Positions 17,900 to 26,665 of a DNA stretch of 48,473 nt are shown here, one piece after another. The first letter of the stretch is position 1. Each line of letters begins with the position of its first letter. A program made the translations under genes and the position numbers. Under the pieces are notes generated by a model that saw only the letters and a list, made by a program, of their open reading frames with translations, was not told the DNA's origin and searched no databases. Source of the DNA: Prolixibacteraceae bacterium (GTDB lineage: Bacteria; Bacteroidota; Bacteroidia; Bacteroidales; Prolixibacteraceae); assembly GCA_023251475.1 (NCBI GenBank), contig JAHEYS010000058.1, positions 1 through 48,473 of the forward strand, in the 5' to 3' direction.

Positions 17900-19870
17900 A
17901 TGATGTTTAAGCTATCATATAGAATTAAGATATTGGCCTTAACGGGTTTAGTTACAATGATCGGTATGCCCTCCTGTAGCAACTACCTGGATGTGGTGCC
18001 AAATGATGGTCTTGCCACCATTGAAACAGCTTTTAACTTGCGCTCTACGGCCAAGCGTTATCTGGGTACCTGTTATTCATACATGACCGAGGAGGGTGCC
18101 TCAGGTGCTGATCCGGCCCTGCTGGGGGGAGATGAACTCTGGGATCTTGTCAGCCGGAGTGTCTCTAATACAACAGCCCGGGTTCCCAAAACTATGTTCC
18201 AGATTGCAAGGGGGTTACAAAGTGCCAGTACAGTTTACGCCAATGACTGGGCCTCCATGTATCAGGGTATCCGCTGCTGCGACATTCTGGTCGATAACCT
18301 TGATATCGTCCCTGATATGGAGGAGTGGGAAAAGAAGCAGTGGAAGGCTGAAGCCAGGTTCCTCAAGGCTTACTACCATTTCAATCTGATCCGCAAATGG
18401 GGTCCTGTACCCATAATCAGGAAATCGTTGCCTATAGATGCAAGCGTTGAAGAAGTGCGTGTTTACCGTGATCCGATCGATGATTGCTTCGACTATGTAA
18501 TCGAACTCCTGGATGAGGCTATTCCAGACCTTCCATTGGTTAACCCCACGGTAGATGAATACGGACGAACCAACAAGCTTATTGCAACATCACTTAAAGC
18601 GCGCGTTAAGGTATATGCTGCCAGTCCACTTTTTAACAACAACGTGGATCAGGCTACCCTCTTGGATAGCCGGGGCAAACAACTGTTTGCACAAAACAAA
18701 TCAGAAGCAGATCAGCAAAAGCGTTGGACAGATGCGGTGACTGCGTGTAAGGAAGCGATTGATCTTTGTGCACAGGCCAATCTAAAACTGTACAAATATA
18801 ATGATGAGTACAGGGTAAACGACACGTTACGCCGCGACTTTACCTTGCGTGGGTTGATGTGCAAGCGCTGGAACGAGGAAATCGTCTGGGGCAATACGCA
18901 GAGCAATTCCACTCAGTTGCTGATGTGGCAGCAGCTGACTCAGCCCAATATTCAGTACCAGACGACGGGTTGGACACATTCCCTGAGTTGCTATGCCTTT
19001 ATTGGTGTGCCCCTGAAAATTGCCGAACAATACTATACCAAGAGAGGTTTACCAATCAACTTTGATCGTGACCGGCAGGGATTGAATGAATACGCCCTTC
19101 GTGTTGGAGATCCGGCTCATGCCTATTATCTCGAAGAGGGGTATACCTCTGTTCAGCTGAACTTCGACCGGGAACCGCGGTTTTATGCCAACCTGGGATT
19201 TGATGGTAGTAAATGGGTTGGTGCGCTGACAAACTACAACGATCTGAAGCCTAAAGATATCTTTAATGTGGAGTGCCGGATAGGTAAAGCGCTGGCAAAG
19301 TCCAGTAATGAATCAGGTCCTCTGACCGGTTATTACCCGAAAAAGATGTATCCCTATCAGAACCGGATTGGTGCACAAGGTAGTCAATTGTCGACCTATT
19401 GGTATCCCTGGCCGATGATTCGTCTGGCCGACCTCTATCTGTTGTATGCAGAGGCGATCAATGAGGCGGAAGGTCCCAGCGGTGCTCTCAGTGGGGATAT
19501 GTTTTATTACATCAATACCATTCGTGAACGTGCAGGTATTCCGGATGTCAAGAATTCGTGGGATCAATACAGCACATCTCCCGGCAGATATAATACCAAA
19601 GCCGGTATGCGTGAGATCATTCACAGGGAACGTCTGAATGAATTAGCCTTTGAAAGTCAGCGTTTTTGGGATCTTCGTCGCTGGAAAGAGGCTAATGCGG
19701 AATATTCGAAGAATATTTACGGGTTCAGTGTGATTTCGTCACGACCGGAAGATTATTACCGGAAAATTTTGATTGCCGAACAGCCATTTGCCCAGAAGCT
19801 CTATTTTTGGCCAATTCAAACGGCAACACTTGAAAAGAATCCGAATCTTATCCAAAATTTAGGATGGTAA
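17900..19870 (+). CDS. susD: SusD/RagB-family outer-membrane lipoprotein
   Basis: The lipoprotein signal ends in MPSC. A SusD-typical N-terminus follows (NYLDVVPNDG), and the C-terminal signature is RERLNELAFESQRFWDLRRW...YFWPIQTATLEKNPNLIQNLGW. The gene lies 9 nt after susC. Confidence 0.95.
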   Translation: MMFKLSYRIKILALTGLVTMIGMPSCSNYLDVVPNDGLATIETAFNLRSTAKRYLGTCYSYMTEEGASGADPALLGGDELWDLVSRSVSNTTARVPKTMFQIARGLQSASTVYANDWASMYQGIRCCDILVDNLDIVPDMEEWEKKQWKAEARFLKAYYHFNLIRKWGPVPIIRKSLPIDASVEEVRVYRDPIDDCFDYVIELLDEAIPDLPLVNPTVDEYGRTNKLIATSLKARVKVYAASPLFNNNVDQATLLDSRGKQLFAQNKSEADQQKRWTDAVTACKEAIDLCAQANLKLYKYNDEYRVNDTLRRDFTLRGLMCKRWNEEIVWGNTQSNSTQLLMWQQLTQPNIQYQTTGWTHSLSCYAFIGVPLKIAEQYYTKRGLPINFDRDRQGLNEYALRVGDPAHAYYLEEGYTSVQLNFDREPRFYANLGFDGSKWVGALTNYNDLKPKDIFNVECRIGKALAKSSNESGPLTGYYPKKMYPYQNRIGAQGSQLSTYWYPWPMIRLADLYLLYAEAINEAEGPSGALSGDMFYYINTIRERAGIPDVKNSWDQYSTSPGRYNTKAGMREIIHRERLNELAFESQRFWDLRRWKEANAEYSKNIYGFSVISSRPEDYYRKILIAEQPFAQKLYFWPIQTATLEKNPNLIQNLGW

Positions 19871-19898
19871 TTGTTTAACCAGGAAAAAAACAAAAAAT

Positions 19899-21194
19899 AT
19901 GAAACAAATAATATTGTCTTCTTTGTTAGCCGTAACTGCACTGATCTATTTCAGTTGTGTTGAATCGGGACGGATTGACCAGCTTGACAACACCATTCCG
20001 GCACCCAAACCAGTTGAGGTTACAAACATTACCAGTAGACCGGGGGGGGCAGTCATCAAGGTTAAAATTCCTGATGATGATAATCTGAAGGGTGTGGTGG
20101 CTATTTATGAACGCAACGGTGAAGTGGTCAATACAAAAATTTCACGGTATCTCGACAGTCTTGTGATAGTAGGCTTTGCCGATACGTTAATCCATAAGGT
20201 AGAAATAAAGTCTTTCAATGTGAACGAACTCCCTTCCACCCCGGTCGAGGTAAACATCAAACCAGTGCCGGCGGCTGTGCAAACGGTTCAGTTTGATGTG
20301 GTCGAAGCATTTGGGGGGATCAAAATTCATGTGATGAACAATACCTCCAAGGCTGATCTGGCTGTCATTCTAATGGCCGATAAAGACACGGCCAATATTA
20401 GTCTGCCCGATAAGTCAAAGAAGTGGGTGGAAGTTGTTACCCTGTTTACCGCATCTCAGGATATTTTCCTACCCCGGCGGGGTCTGAAGGATGCGAAAAC
20501 CATCTTCGGGGTATATATCCGTGACAGATGGGGCAATAAGTCCGACACCCTGGTCAAGATGTTGACTCCACTCGGGGAAGTCAAACTTGATAAGAAAAAA
20601 TTCAAGTACGCCAATCCGGGTGATGACAATTCAGTTTCAACCAACTCCTCCTTGTATCCCGTACAGGGATTGTGGGATGAATCGGGACTTTCTGCATCCC
20701 CTTACTTCTATGCAAGTACCAGCAGCAATCCCATGCCCCAGTGGCTTACTATCGACCTCGGTGTTCGCGCAAAGCTTAGCCGCATTGGGAAGATGGCACG
20801 TATCGACTATGCGATCTGGACAAGTGCTCATCCCCGGGAATACGAGTTTTGGGGGAGCATGGGCCCGACCGGCAAGCCGAACCCAAATAACAAGTATGGA
20901 TTTGACGATACCTGGTTTAAACTGGGGTATTATGAACAACCCCGCCCCTCCGGGTACAATCCCGATGGAACTGTACCCGCATCCTATACGGCTGAAGACC
21001 GTGTGATGTTCAATACCGGTACCGAGTTTGAAATGGACAATTCCATCAATCCACGTGCCTATGATGAGCTGCGTTATCTGCGTGTAGTGATCGTAAATAC
21101 CTTCGCCACCTGGGAAACCAAGGCAACAGTGGGTCAGATCCAGCTGGGTGAGGTTACTCCTTACGGACAGGTTCTCGAAGTATACAATAAATAA
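19899..21194 (+). CDS. PUL-associated surface lipoprotein with C-terminal F5/8 type C (discoidin)-like domain (DUF4959/DUF5000-like)
   Basis: Lipobox (LIYFSC). The Ig-like N-terminal part is PVEVTNITSRPGGAVIKVKIPDD. The C-terminus is typical of discoidin domains (LRYLRVVIVNTFATWETKATVGQIQLGEVTPYG). It sits immediately after susD. Confidence 0.65.
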   Translation: MKQIILSSLLAVTALIYFSCVESGRIDQLDNTIPAPKPVEVTNITSRPGGAVIKVKIPDDDNLKGVVAIYERNGEVVNTKISRYLDSLVIVGFADTLIHKVEIKSFNVNELPSTPVEVNIKPVPAAVQTVQFDVVEAFGGIKIHVMNNTSKADLAVILMADKDTANISLPDKSKKWVEVVTLFTASQDIFLPRRGLKDAKTIFGVYIRDRWGNKSDTLVKMLTPLGEVKLDKKKFKYANPGDDNSVSTNSSLYPVQGLWDESGLSASPYFYASTSSNPMPQWLTIDLGVRAKLSRIGKMARIDYAIWTSAHPREYEFWGSMGPTGKPNPNNKYGFDDTWFKLGYYEQPRPSGYNPDGTVPASYTAEDRVMFNTGTEFEMDNSINPRAYDELRYLRVVIVNTFATWETKATVGQIQLGEVTPYGQVLEVYNK

Positions 21195-21224
21195 TGTAAG
21201 TTTTACAAACAAAAGTAGATTAAC

Positions 21225-22421
21225 ATGAACAAGAATATATTTATTCTGTTGATCCTGTTCATTGGGACAGCATTATACTCCTGTAAGAATCAGGATGATG
21301 TGTACCAGGAATTCGTCAAGAAAGGGGGCTATGTCTATCCACAGAAGACGAATGGATTGGCAATATTTACCGGTTACAAAAGAATTAAGCTGGTATGGGA
21401 TGCCCCAAAGGACCCATCGGTCAGAACTGCCAAAGTGTACTGGAACAACAATATTGATATGAAGGAGATCGATTACTCCACCATTACCGGCGACAAGGTT
21501 GAACTCTATATCGACAAGCTGGAAGAACGATCCTATACGTTTAATTTGGTGAACTTTGATTCCAAGGGCAATCAGTCGATGACGAGTGAAATCACCGCAG
21601 CACCTTATGCGGAAAACTGGCTGATGCTACACGCTGACCGCACCGTTTCATCTGCGCAGACCAATGGAACTGCGGCTGATCTGGTGATGAGTTATGGAAC
21701 GGATGAGATGATCGCAACCCGGTTCAGGTACCTCAACACGGACGGGAATACGGTTTTGCATAACCATGTAATGAATGCGGCCAACAATAAGATCTCCCTG
21801 CCCGGTGCGGTCGCTGGAAAACGGTTTGAATACAGTTCCAGCTACTGCCCCGCTTTAGGTCTGGACACCATCTGGAATGACTATAAAAAGTCAGTTAATC
21901 CAATTTCCGGAAAATTGGATTGCACGTTGTGGGGGGGTGATGTTACTACTGGTCAAATATGGGACAACACTTTTTTGCCTGCCAAAGTTTTGGATGGCAT
22001 CATCGACAGAACTCACCGATGGTGTAGTGCCCAGGGAACATTGGCAAAAACATTTCCAAAGATAATGGTATTTGATAATAAGAAAAGTTCTTTTTATATC
22101 AACAAGATTTCGCTTTATCAGGATCAGACCAGTACAAGTTATCGTTATGGAAACACGGTAGAGATTTATTGGGGAAATGAACCTTTCGATCCCAATGCGG
22201 GTGCATCTTATGCAACCTCGCCCGGATTTGCGAAAGCGATTACCAGCGTGACCTACCTGACAACTACCTTTTACTTCAGCACCTCCATCTGGACTAAAAG
22301 CTGGACTGATATGCAGAATTTCAGATATATGGCTGTTGTTTGGAAGGACTCCCGTAATACCAACGGCTATATCGATTTGTTTGAATGTGAGTTTTACGGC
22401 TATGATGCCGCAGCAGAATAA
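21225..22421 (+). CDS. PUL-associated surface lipoprotein with C-terminal discoidin-like domain (DUF4998/DUF5013-like)
   Basis: Lipobox (ALYSC). There is an N-terminal Ig-like segment (IKLVWDAPKDPSVRTAKVYWNN). The C-terminus is FRYMAVVWKDSRNTNGYIDLFECEFYGY. Confidence 0.6.
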   Translation: MNKNIFILLILFIGTALYSCKNQDDVYQEFVKKGGYVYPQKTNGLAIFTGYKRIKLVWDAPKDPSVRTAKVYWNNNIDMKEIDYSTITGDKVELYIDKLEERSYTFNLVNFDSKGNQSMTSEITAAPYAENWLMLHADRTVSSAQTNGTAADLVMSYGTDEMIATRFRYLNTDGNTVLHNHVMNAANNKISLPGAVAGKRFEYSSSYCPALGLDTIWNDYKKSVNPISGKLDCTLWGGDVTTGQIWDNTFLPAKVLDGIIDRTHRWCSAQGTLAKTFPKIMVFDNKKSSFYINKISLYQDQTSTSYRYGNTVEIYWGNEPFDPNAGASYATSPGFAKAITSVTYLTTTFYFSTSIWTKSWTDMQNFRYMAVVWKDSRNTNGYIDLFECEFYGYDAAAE

Positions 22422-22484
22422 TTCGGAAAGCCTTTTCAGAATCTGAATAATTGTTGTGGAAATGTTAGCCAGAATATGGCCTGT

Positions 22485-22520
22485 CCGGCAGGTAGGTTCA
22501 CCCCTTGCTGCCGGATTTTC
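22485..22520 (+). terminator. possible intrinsic terminator after the PUL1 surface-protein genes
   Basis: CCGGCAG (22485-22491) pairs with CTGCCGG (22508-22514) around a 16-nt loop, followed by ATTTTC. The loop is large, so this is weak. Confidence 0.3.
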
Positions 22521-22533
22521 CATAATCATTAAT

Positions 22534-22671
22534 CATGAAATGTAAGATGGTAAGAAAAGAATTTCTTCGTTTTGCACTTATTTCCGACATTCATTTTGGA
22601 ATCAATTACCCGGATATTCGCATACGGTTCATGAATCAAATCTTAAGTTTAGGAAACTTTTCATTAATGTA
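22534..22671 (+). pseudogene. 45-codon remnant resembling the N-terminus of a metallophosphoesterase
   Basis: The translation is MKCKMVRKEFLRFALISDIHFGINYPDIRIRFMNQILSLGNFSLM*. It contains metallophosphoesterase motif I (ISDIHFG) and then terminates. Confidence 0.3.
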
Positions 22672-22695
22672 ATTTCAAAATTAAAATATTAAACC

Positions 22696-23694
22696 ATGTT
22701 TATTCTTCAAAATTATACACTGGCCATCCTCTTCTGCATCGTAACGATGCTCTGCTGGGGTTCATGGGGCAACACGCAGAAGCTGGCAGGCAAATCCTGG
22801 CGTTTTGAATTGTTCTATTGGGATTATGTGATTGGGATTGTCCTGTTTTCTCTTTTATTCGGTCTCACCCTTGGGAGCACAGGCGAAAGTGGCCGTGGAT
22901 TTTTAAATGACATTCTCCAGACCGAACCGGGGAATATCCTGAATGCCCTTTTGGGTGGCGTTATCTTTAATGCTTCCAATATACTCCTGGTTGCAGCAAT
23001 GGCCATAGCAGGTATGGCTGTGGCTTTTCCAGTTGGGGTCGGTATCGCACTGGCATTGGGTGTGATTATTAACTATATTTTTGCACCACAGGGGAATCCG
23101 ATGTGGCTTTTTGCCGGGGTTGCCCTGATTGTTGCTGCCATAATTATTGATGCAGTTGCCTACAAAAATCATCGTACATCATTAAAGAAAGTCTCAGGGA
23201 TGGGAATCCTGCTATCCATATCAGCCGGAGTTTTAATGTCGCTTTTTTATCGTTTCGTGGCGAGTTCGATGGTTACCAATTTTGAAGCGCCTGAAACCGG
23301 AAAACTAACCCCCTACACGGCACTATTCTTTTTTGCAATTGGGGTATTGATCAGCAATTTCCTGTTTAATTATATCATCATGAAGAAGCCCTTCGAAGGA
23401 GAACCACTTTCGTTTAAGGATTATAAAAAAGGGAGCCTGGGGGTTCACCTTACAGGTATCCTTGGAGGAGTGATCTGGAATATGGGCATGTCGTTTAGCA
23501 TTCTGGCATCAGGTAAAGCAGGATTTGCCATCTCCTATGGATTGGGGCAGGGGGCAACATTGATTGCAGCGCTTTGGGGCGTTTTTGTGTGGAAAGAATT
23601 TAAGGGGGCCTCAAAATCAGTTAATCAGTTGATTTTTTTCATGTTCCTATTCTACCTGATCGGTTTGGCGCTATTGGTTTGCGCGGGCGCTTAA
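22696..23694 (+). CDS. GRP-family (DMT superfamily) sugar transporter, RbsU/GlcU-like
   Basis: 332 aa with about 10 TM helices in a duplicated 5+5 arrangement. The N-terminal CWGSWGNTQKL motif is typical of sugar-transport DMT proteins. It lies 18 nt upstream of a ribokinase gene. Confidence 0.65.
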   Translation: MFILQNYTLAILFCIVTMLCWGSWGNTQKLAGKSWRFELFYWDYVIGIVLFSLLFGLTLGSTGESGRGFLNDILQTEPGNILNALLGGVIFNASNILLVAAMAIAGMAVAFPVGVGIALALGVIINYIFAPQGNPMWLFAGVALIVAAIIIDAVAYKNHRTSLKKVSGMGILLSISAGVLMSLFYRFVASSMVTNFEAPETGKLTPYTALFFFAIGVLISNFLFNYIIMKKPFEGEPLSFKDYKKGSLGVHLTGILGGVIWNMGMSFSILASGKAGFAISYGLGQGATLIAALWGVFVWKEFKGASKSVNQLIFFMFLFYLIGLALLVCAGA

Positions 23695-23712
23695 TTTTAT
23701 AAAAATAGGACA

Positions 23713-24633
23713 ATGGATAAAATTTTAGTTATTGGAAGTACAAATACCGATTTGGTTGCGACGGTAAAATGCTTCCCGAAAGCAGGCGAAACCATAACAG
23801 GAAAATCATTCCTTCAAACCATGGGGGGCAAAGGTGCTAACCAGGCTTTAGCGGCACATAAATCTGGTGGAGATGTTAAGTTTATTACCTGTCTGGGAAG
23901 AGATGCAAACGGCCAAAATGCATTAAGCTATTATAATGATCAGGGAGTGGATGTTTCTTTGTCGCTGATTGTTGATGATGCTCCAACCGGAACGGCCATT
24001 ATCCTGGTGGATGAAAATGGAGAAAATTGTATTGTTATAACTCCGGGAGCCAATAAGATGCTAACATCAGATTATTTATTTAAAGTGGAAAAAGCGATCA
24101 TTGAATCTGATATAGTTGTTTTGCAAATGGAGATTCCCTATGATACAGTAAATACAGTTTGTGAGCTGGCCCATAAACATAATAAAAGAGTGATGCTTAA
24201 TGTCGCTCCAGCCTGCCACTGTTCTGAAAACCTGATGAAAAAAATTGATATCCTGCTTGTAAATGAAACAGAAGCAGAAACCATCTCCGGAGAAAAAATA
24301 GAGATTTCAGGGAAAGAGGCGGTTATTGATAAATTGTTGGCGATGGGTGTTAAATCTGTTGTTTTGACTTTGGGGGAAAAAGGGTGTTTGCTTAAAAATA
24401 AGGAACAAGTTCTGTATATCCCTGCATTTAAGGCTGAGGCATTGGATACGACCAGCGCAGGGGATACCTTTTGCGGGGCTTTAGCCGCGCAACTGAGCAA
24501 AGGTCATGATTGGAAAGATGCCTTAACGTTTGCTACTGCAGCATCAGCCATTTGCGTTACCCGGATGGGGGCACAACCTTCGATCCCATCAGAAAAGGAA
24601 GTAATTGAATTTTTAAGCAATTATCATCATTGA
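23713..24633 (+). CDS. rbsK: ribokinase (PfkB family)
   Basis: MGGKGANQALAA (RbsK-type GG/anion-hole motif), DTTSAGDTFCGALAA (catalytic Asp motif), NETEAE, and 306 aa in length. Confidence 0.88.
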   Translation: MDKILVIGSTNTDLVATVKCFPKAGETITGKSFLQTMGGKGANQALAAHKSGGDVKFITCLGRDANGQNALSYYNDQGVDVSLSLIVDDAPTGTAIILVDENGENCIVITPGANKMLTSDYLFKVEKAIIESDIVVLQMEIPYDTVNTVCELAHKHNKRVMLNVAPACHCSENLMKKIDILLVNETEAETISGEKIEISGKEAVIDKLLAMGVKSVVLTLGEKGCLLKNKEQVLYIPAFKAEALDTTSAGDTFCGALAAQLSKGHDWKDALTFATAASAICVTRMGAQPSIPSEKEVIEFLSNYHH

Positions 24634-24727
24634 ATCAGATTGAACCGGATTGCGAAAAATAGCTTTCAGGTTAGAGATGAGTTTTTTGATTCATGAATTA
24701 AAACAATTTTAAACTTAGCGTATAAAT

Positions 24728-26578
24728 ATGAAAATAATCTTTTCAATTCTTATTTTGTGCTTAACCCTTCATTCGGCTAAAGCCGCTATTGATTCACTGG
24801 CGATCTGGAACCCTGTTATTCCCAATAAAGTAGATGAAAAATATATCCCGGCCAGCCTTCATCAGCTCAACGGTTTGTTAAACGACCGTATCCTGATTAA
24901 TCTTGAAAAAAGATTATTACGGATAGATTCTGCTATTCTCTTATCGGGCTTTGTGCACCGCCCGGGCTCACAAACATGGATAGGTGAACATGTCGGTAAG
25001 TTTTTATATTCCGCTTCCAATACGTATCGCTACACGCACGATCAAAAAATTAAAGAATTAATGGATGGAATGGTTAAAAGATATATCGCCACCCAGTTAC
25101 CCGATGGCTATTTGGGAACTTACCTGCCTAAAGACTATTGGTCGGCCTGGGATGTTTGGGCACATAAATATGCCATCTTTGGCCTGGTTAATTATTATGC
25201 GGTGACCGGATACCAACCCGCACTCCAGTCGGCCAGAAATGCGGCAGACCTGATATGCCGGACTTTCGGCGATGAACCAGGGAAGCGGGATCTGAATAAA
25301 TCTGGCAGTCATGTTGGTATGGCTTCTGGCAGTATCCTTGAACCGATGATTGATCTCTACCGCTATACCGGCGATCAAAAATACCTCGAATTTGCAAAAT
25401 ACATACTTCGCAACTGGGAAACGGCAACAGGTCCCAAAATCCTAAAGGGTCTTGAGCAATATGGTAAAGTTACAAAAGTGGGAAATGGCAAGGCGTATGA
25501 GATGATGTCATGCTTTGTCGGTATTTTGAAATATTATCAGCTGACCGGTGATGCCACCTATTTAAAACCTTTGCAAACGGCATGGCAGGATATTGTTGAC
25601 AACAGGCTCTACCTGACCGGCACCTCAAGTGCAGGTGAGCATTTTTGCGACGACCATCACCTGCCCGCTGAGACGAAGGATAAAATGGGCGAAGGTTGTG
25701 TAACAATGACCTGGATCCAATTTAATGAACAACTTTTGAAGATAACAGGTGAAGCTAAATATGCGGAAGAAATCGAGAAAGCTGCATACAACCATTTGTT
25801 TGCTGCTGAAAATCCGGAAACCGGTTGTGTAAGCTATTATACGGCCTTGCAAGGGGCCAAACCTTATAAATGTGACCAGGGATTTTCCTGTTGCCTCTCC
25901 AGTGTACCCATGGGAATTTCCATGTTACCCGATTTGGTATGGGGAAATATCAACAATGAATTTTCAATCCTGATGTACGAACCTGGTGAGGTGAAAGAGA
26001 GTATCCGTGCGGCTGATGGCTCCAGGCTGTTCTTGCAGATAAAATCGACCACTGAGTTTCCTAAGGATGGGAAGGTGATTTATAATATTAATCCTTCATC
26101 CCCAGCAAAATTTGCAATCAGCTTCAGGATACCAACGTGGGCGGCCAATTATAAACTTATCGTAAATGGGGTTAAACAAAACAGGACCAATGGTCAAATC
26201 TTAAAAGTAGAACGGGTATGGAAAGCGAATGATAAGGTAATCGTCCGTTTTGATATGCCCTTGCAGGTCATTAAAGGGGAGCCTACATATGCCGGTTATG
26301 TCGCTTTAAAAAGAGGACCTCAGGTGCTGGCGATGGACGTTGTTTTTGATCCCGGTTACAAAGATGTATGGCCAGTATCTTTGAACAAGGATACAAAGTT
26401 TGCCATCAAAAATGCGAGCTATATCTTAACAAAGGGATGGGTAGGCACACAGGCTTACAGCATCACTTCAAAAACCGGTAAAAAACAAAAGCCAATCATT
26501 TTTGTACCATTTGCTGATGCCGGACAGCAGGCAACAAAGCAGCAGGTATGGATCGGTACAGGCGGGTTACAATACTAA
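24728..26578 (+). CDS. glycoside hydrolase family 127 (beta-L-arabinofuranosidase-like, DUF1680)
   Basis: Signal peptide present. The GH127 Zn/Cys site pattern is present: MGEGCVTMTW (E-x-C) and GFSCCLSSVP (CC pair). GEHVGKFLYSAS and YEMMSCFVGILKYYQLTGD are typical of the family. Confidence 0.85.
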   Translation: MKIIFSILILCLTLHSAKAAIDSLAIWNPVIPNKVDEKYIPASLHQLNGLLNDRILINLEKRLLRIDSAILLSGFVHRPGSQTWIGEHVGKFLYSASNTYRYTHDQKIKELMDGMVKRYIATQLPDGYLGTYLPKDYWSAWDVWAHKYAIFGLVNYYAVTGYQPALQSARNAADLICRTFGDEPGKRDLNKSGSHVGMASGSILEPMIDLYRYTGDQKYLEFAKYILRNWETATGPKILKGLEQYGKVTKVGNGKAYEMMSCFVGILKYYQLTGDATYLKPLQTAWQDIVDNRLYLTGTSSAGEHFCDDHHLPAETKDKMGEGCVTMTWIQFNEQLLKITGEAKYAEEIEKAAYNHLFAAENPETGCVSYYTALQGAKPYKCDQGFSCCLSSVPMGISMLPDLVWGNINNEFSILMYEPGEVKESIRAADGSRLFLQIKSTTEFPKDGKVIYNINPSSPAKFAISFRIPTWAANYKLIVNGVKQNRTNGQILKVERVWKANDKVIVRFDMPLQVIKGEPTYAGYVALKRGPQVLAMDVVFDPGYKDVWPVSLNKDTKFAIKNASYILTKGWVGTQAYSITSKTGKKQKPIIFVPFADAGQQATKQQVWIGTGGLQY

Positions 26579-26607
26579 AAAACAACAAAGGTTAGAGAAT
26601 GTTGAAA

Positions 26608-26632
26608 ACTACAGCCTGAACATGGCTGTAGT
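26608..26632 (+). terminator. perfect 9-bp stem-loop after the GH127 gene (weak terminator candidate)
   Basis: The sequence is ACTACAGCC-tgaacat-GGCTGTAGT. There is no following T-run, and it lies 34 nt upstream of the GH31 start. Confidence 0.3.
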
Positions 26633-26665
26633 CGGAATAATATACACCTTCAACAAAAACTAAAA

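Noticed and set aside
20637-21212. 191-aa minus-strand ORF, plus the 139-aa alternate-frame + ORF at 20587-21006, overlapping the DUF4959-like gene
   Set aside because: Both lie entirely inside a well-supported + strand gene. Their composition is low-complexity and Gly/Pro/Cys-rich, typical of antisense or off-frame reading. They show no recognisable motifs or start context.
21891-22529. 212-aa minus-strand ORF overlapping the 3' half of the second surface-lipoprotein gene
   Set aside because: It is antisense to a gene with a coherent domain structure, and the sequence has no family features. Its upstream end coincides with the hairpin region at about 22485-22514. I treat it as a shadow ORF.
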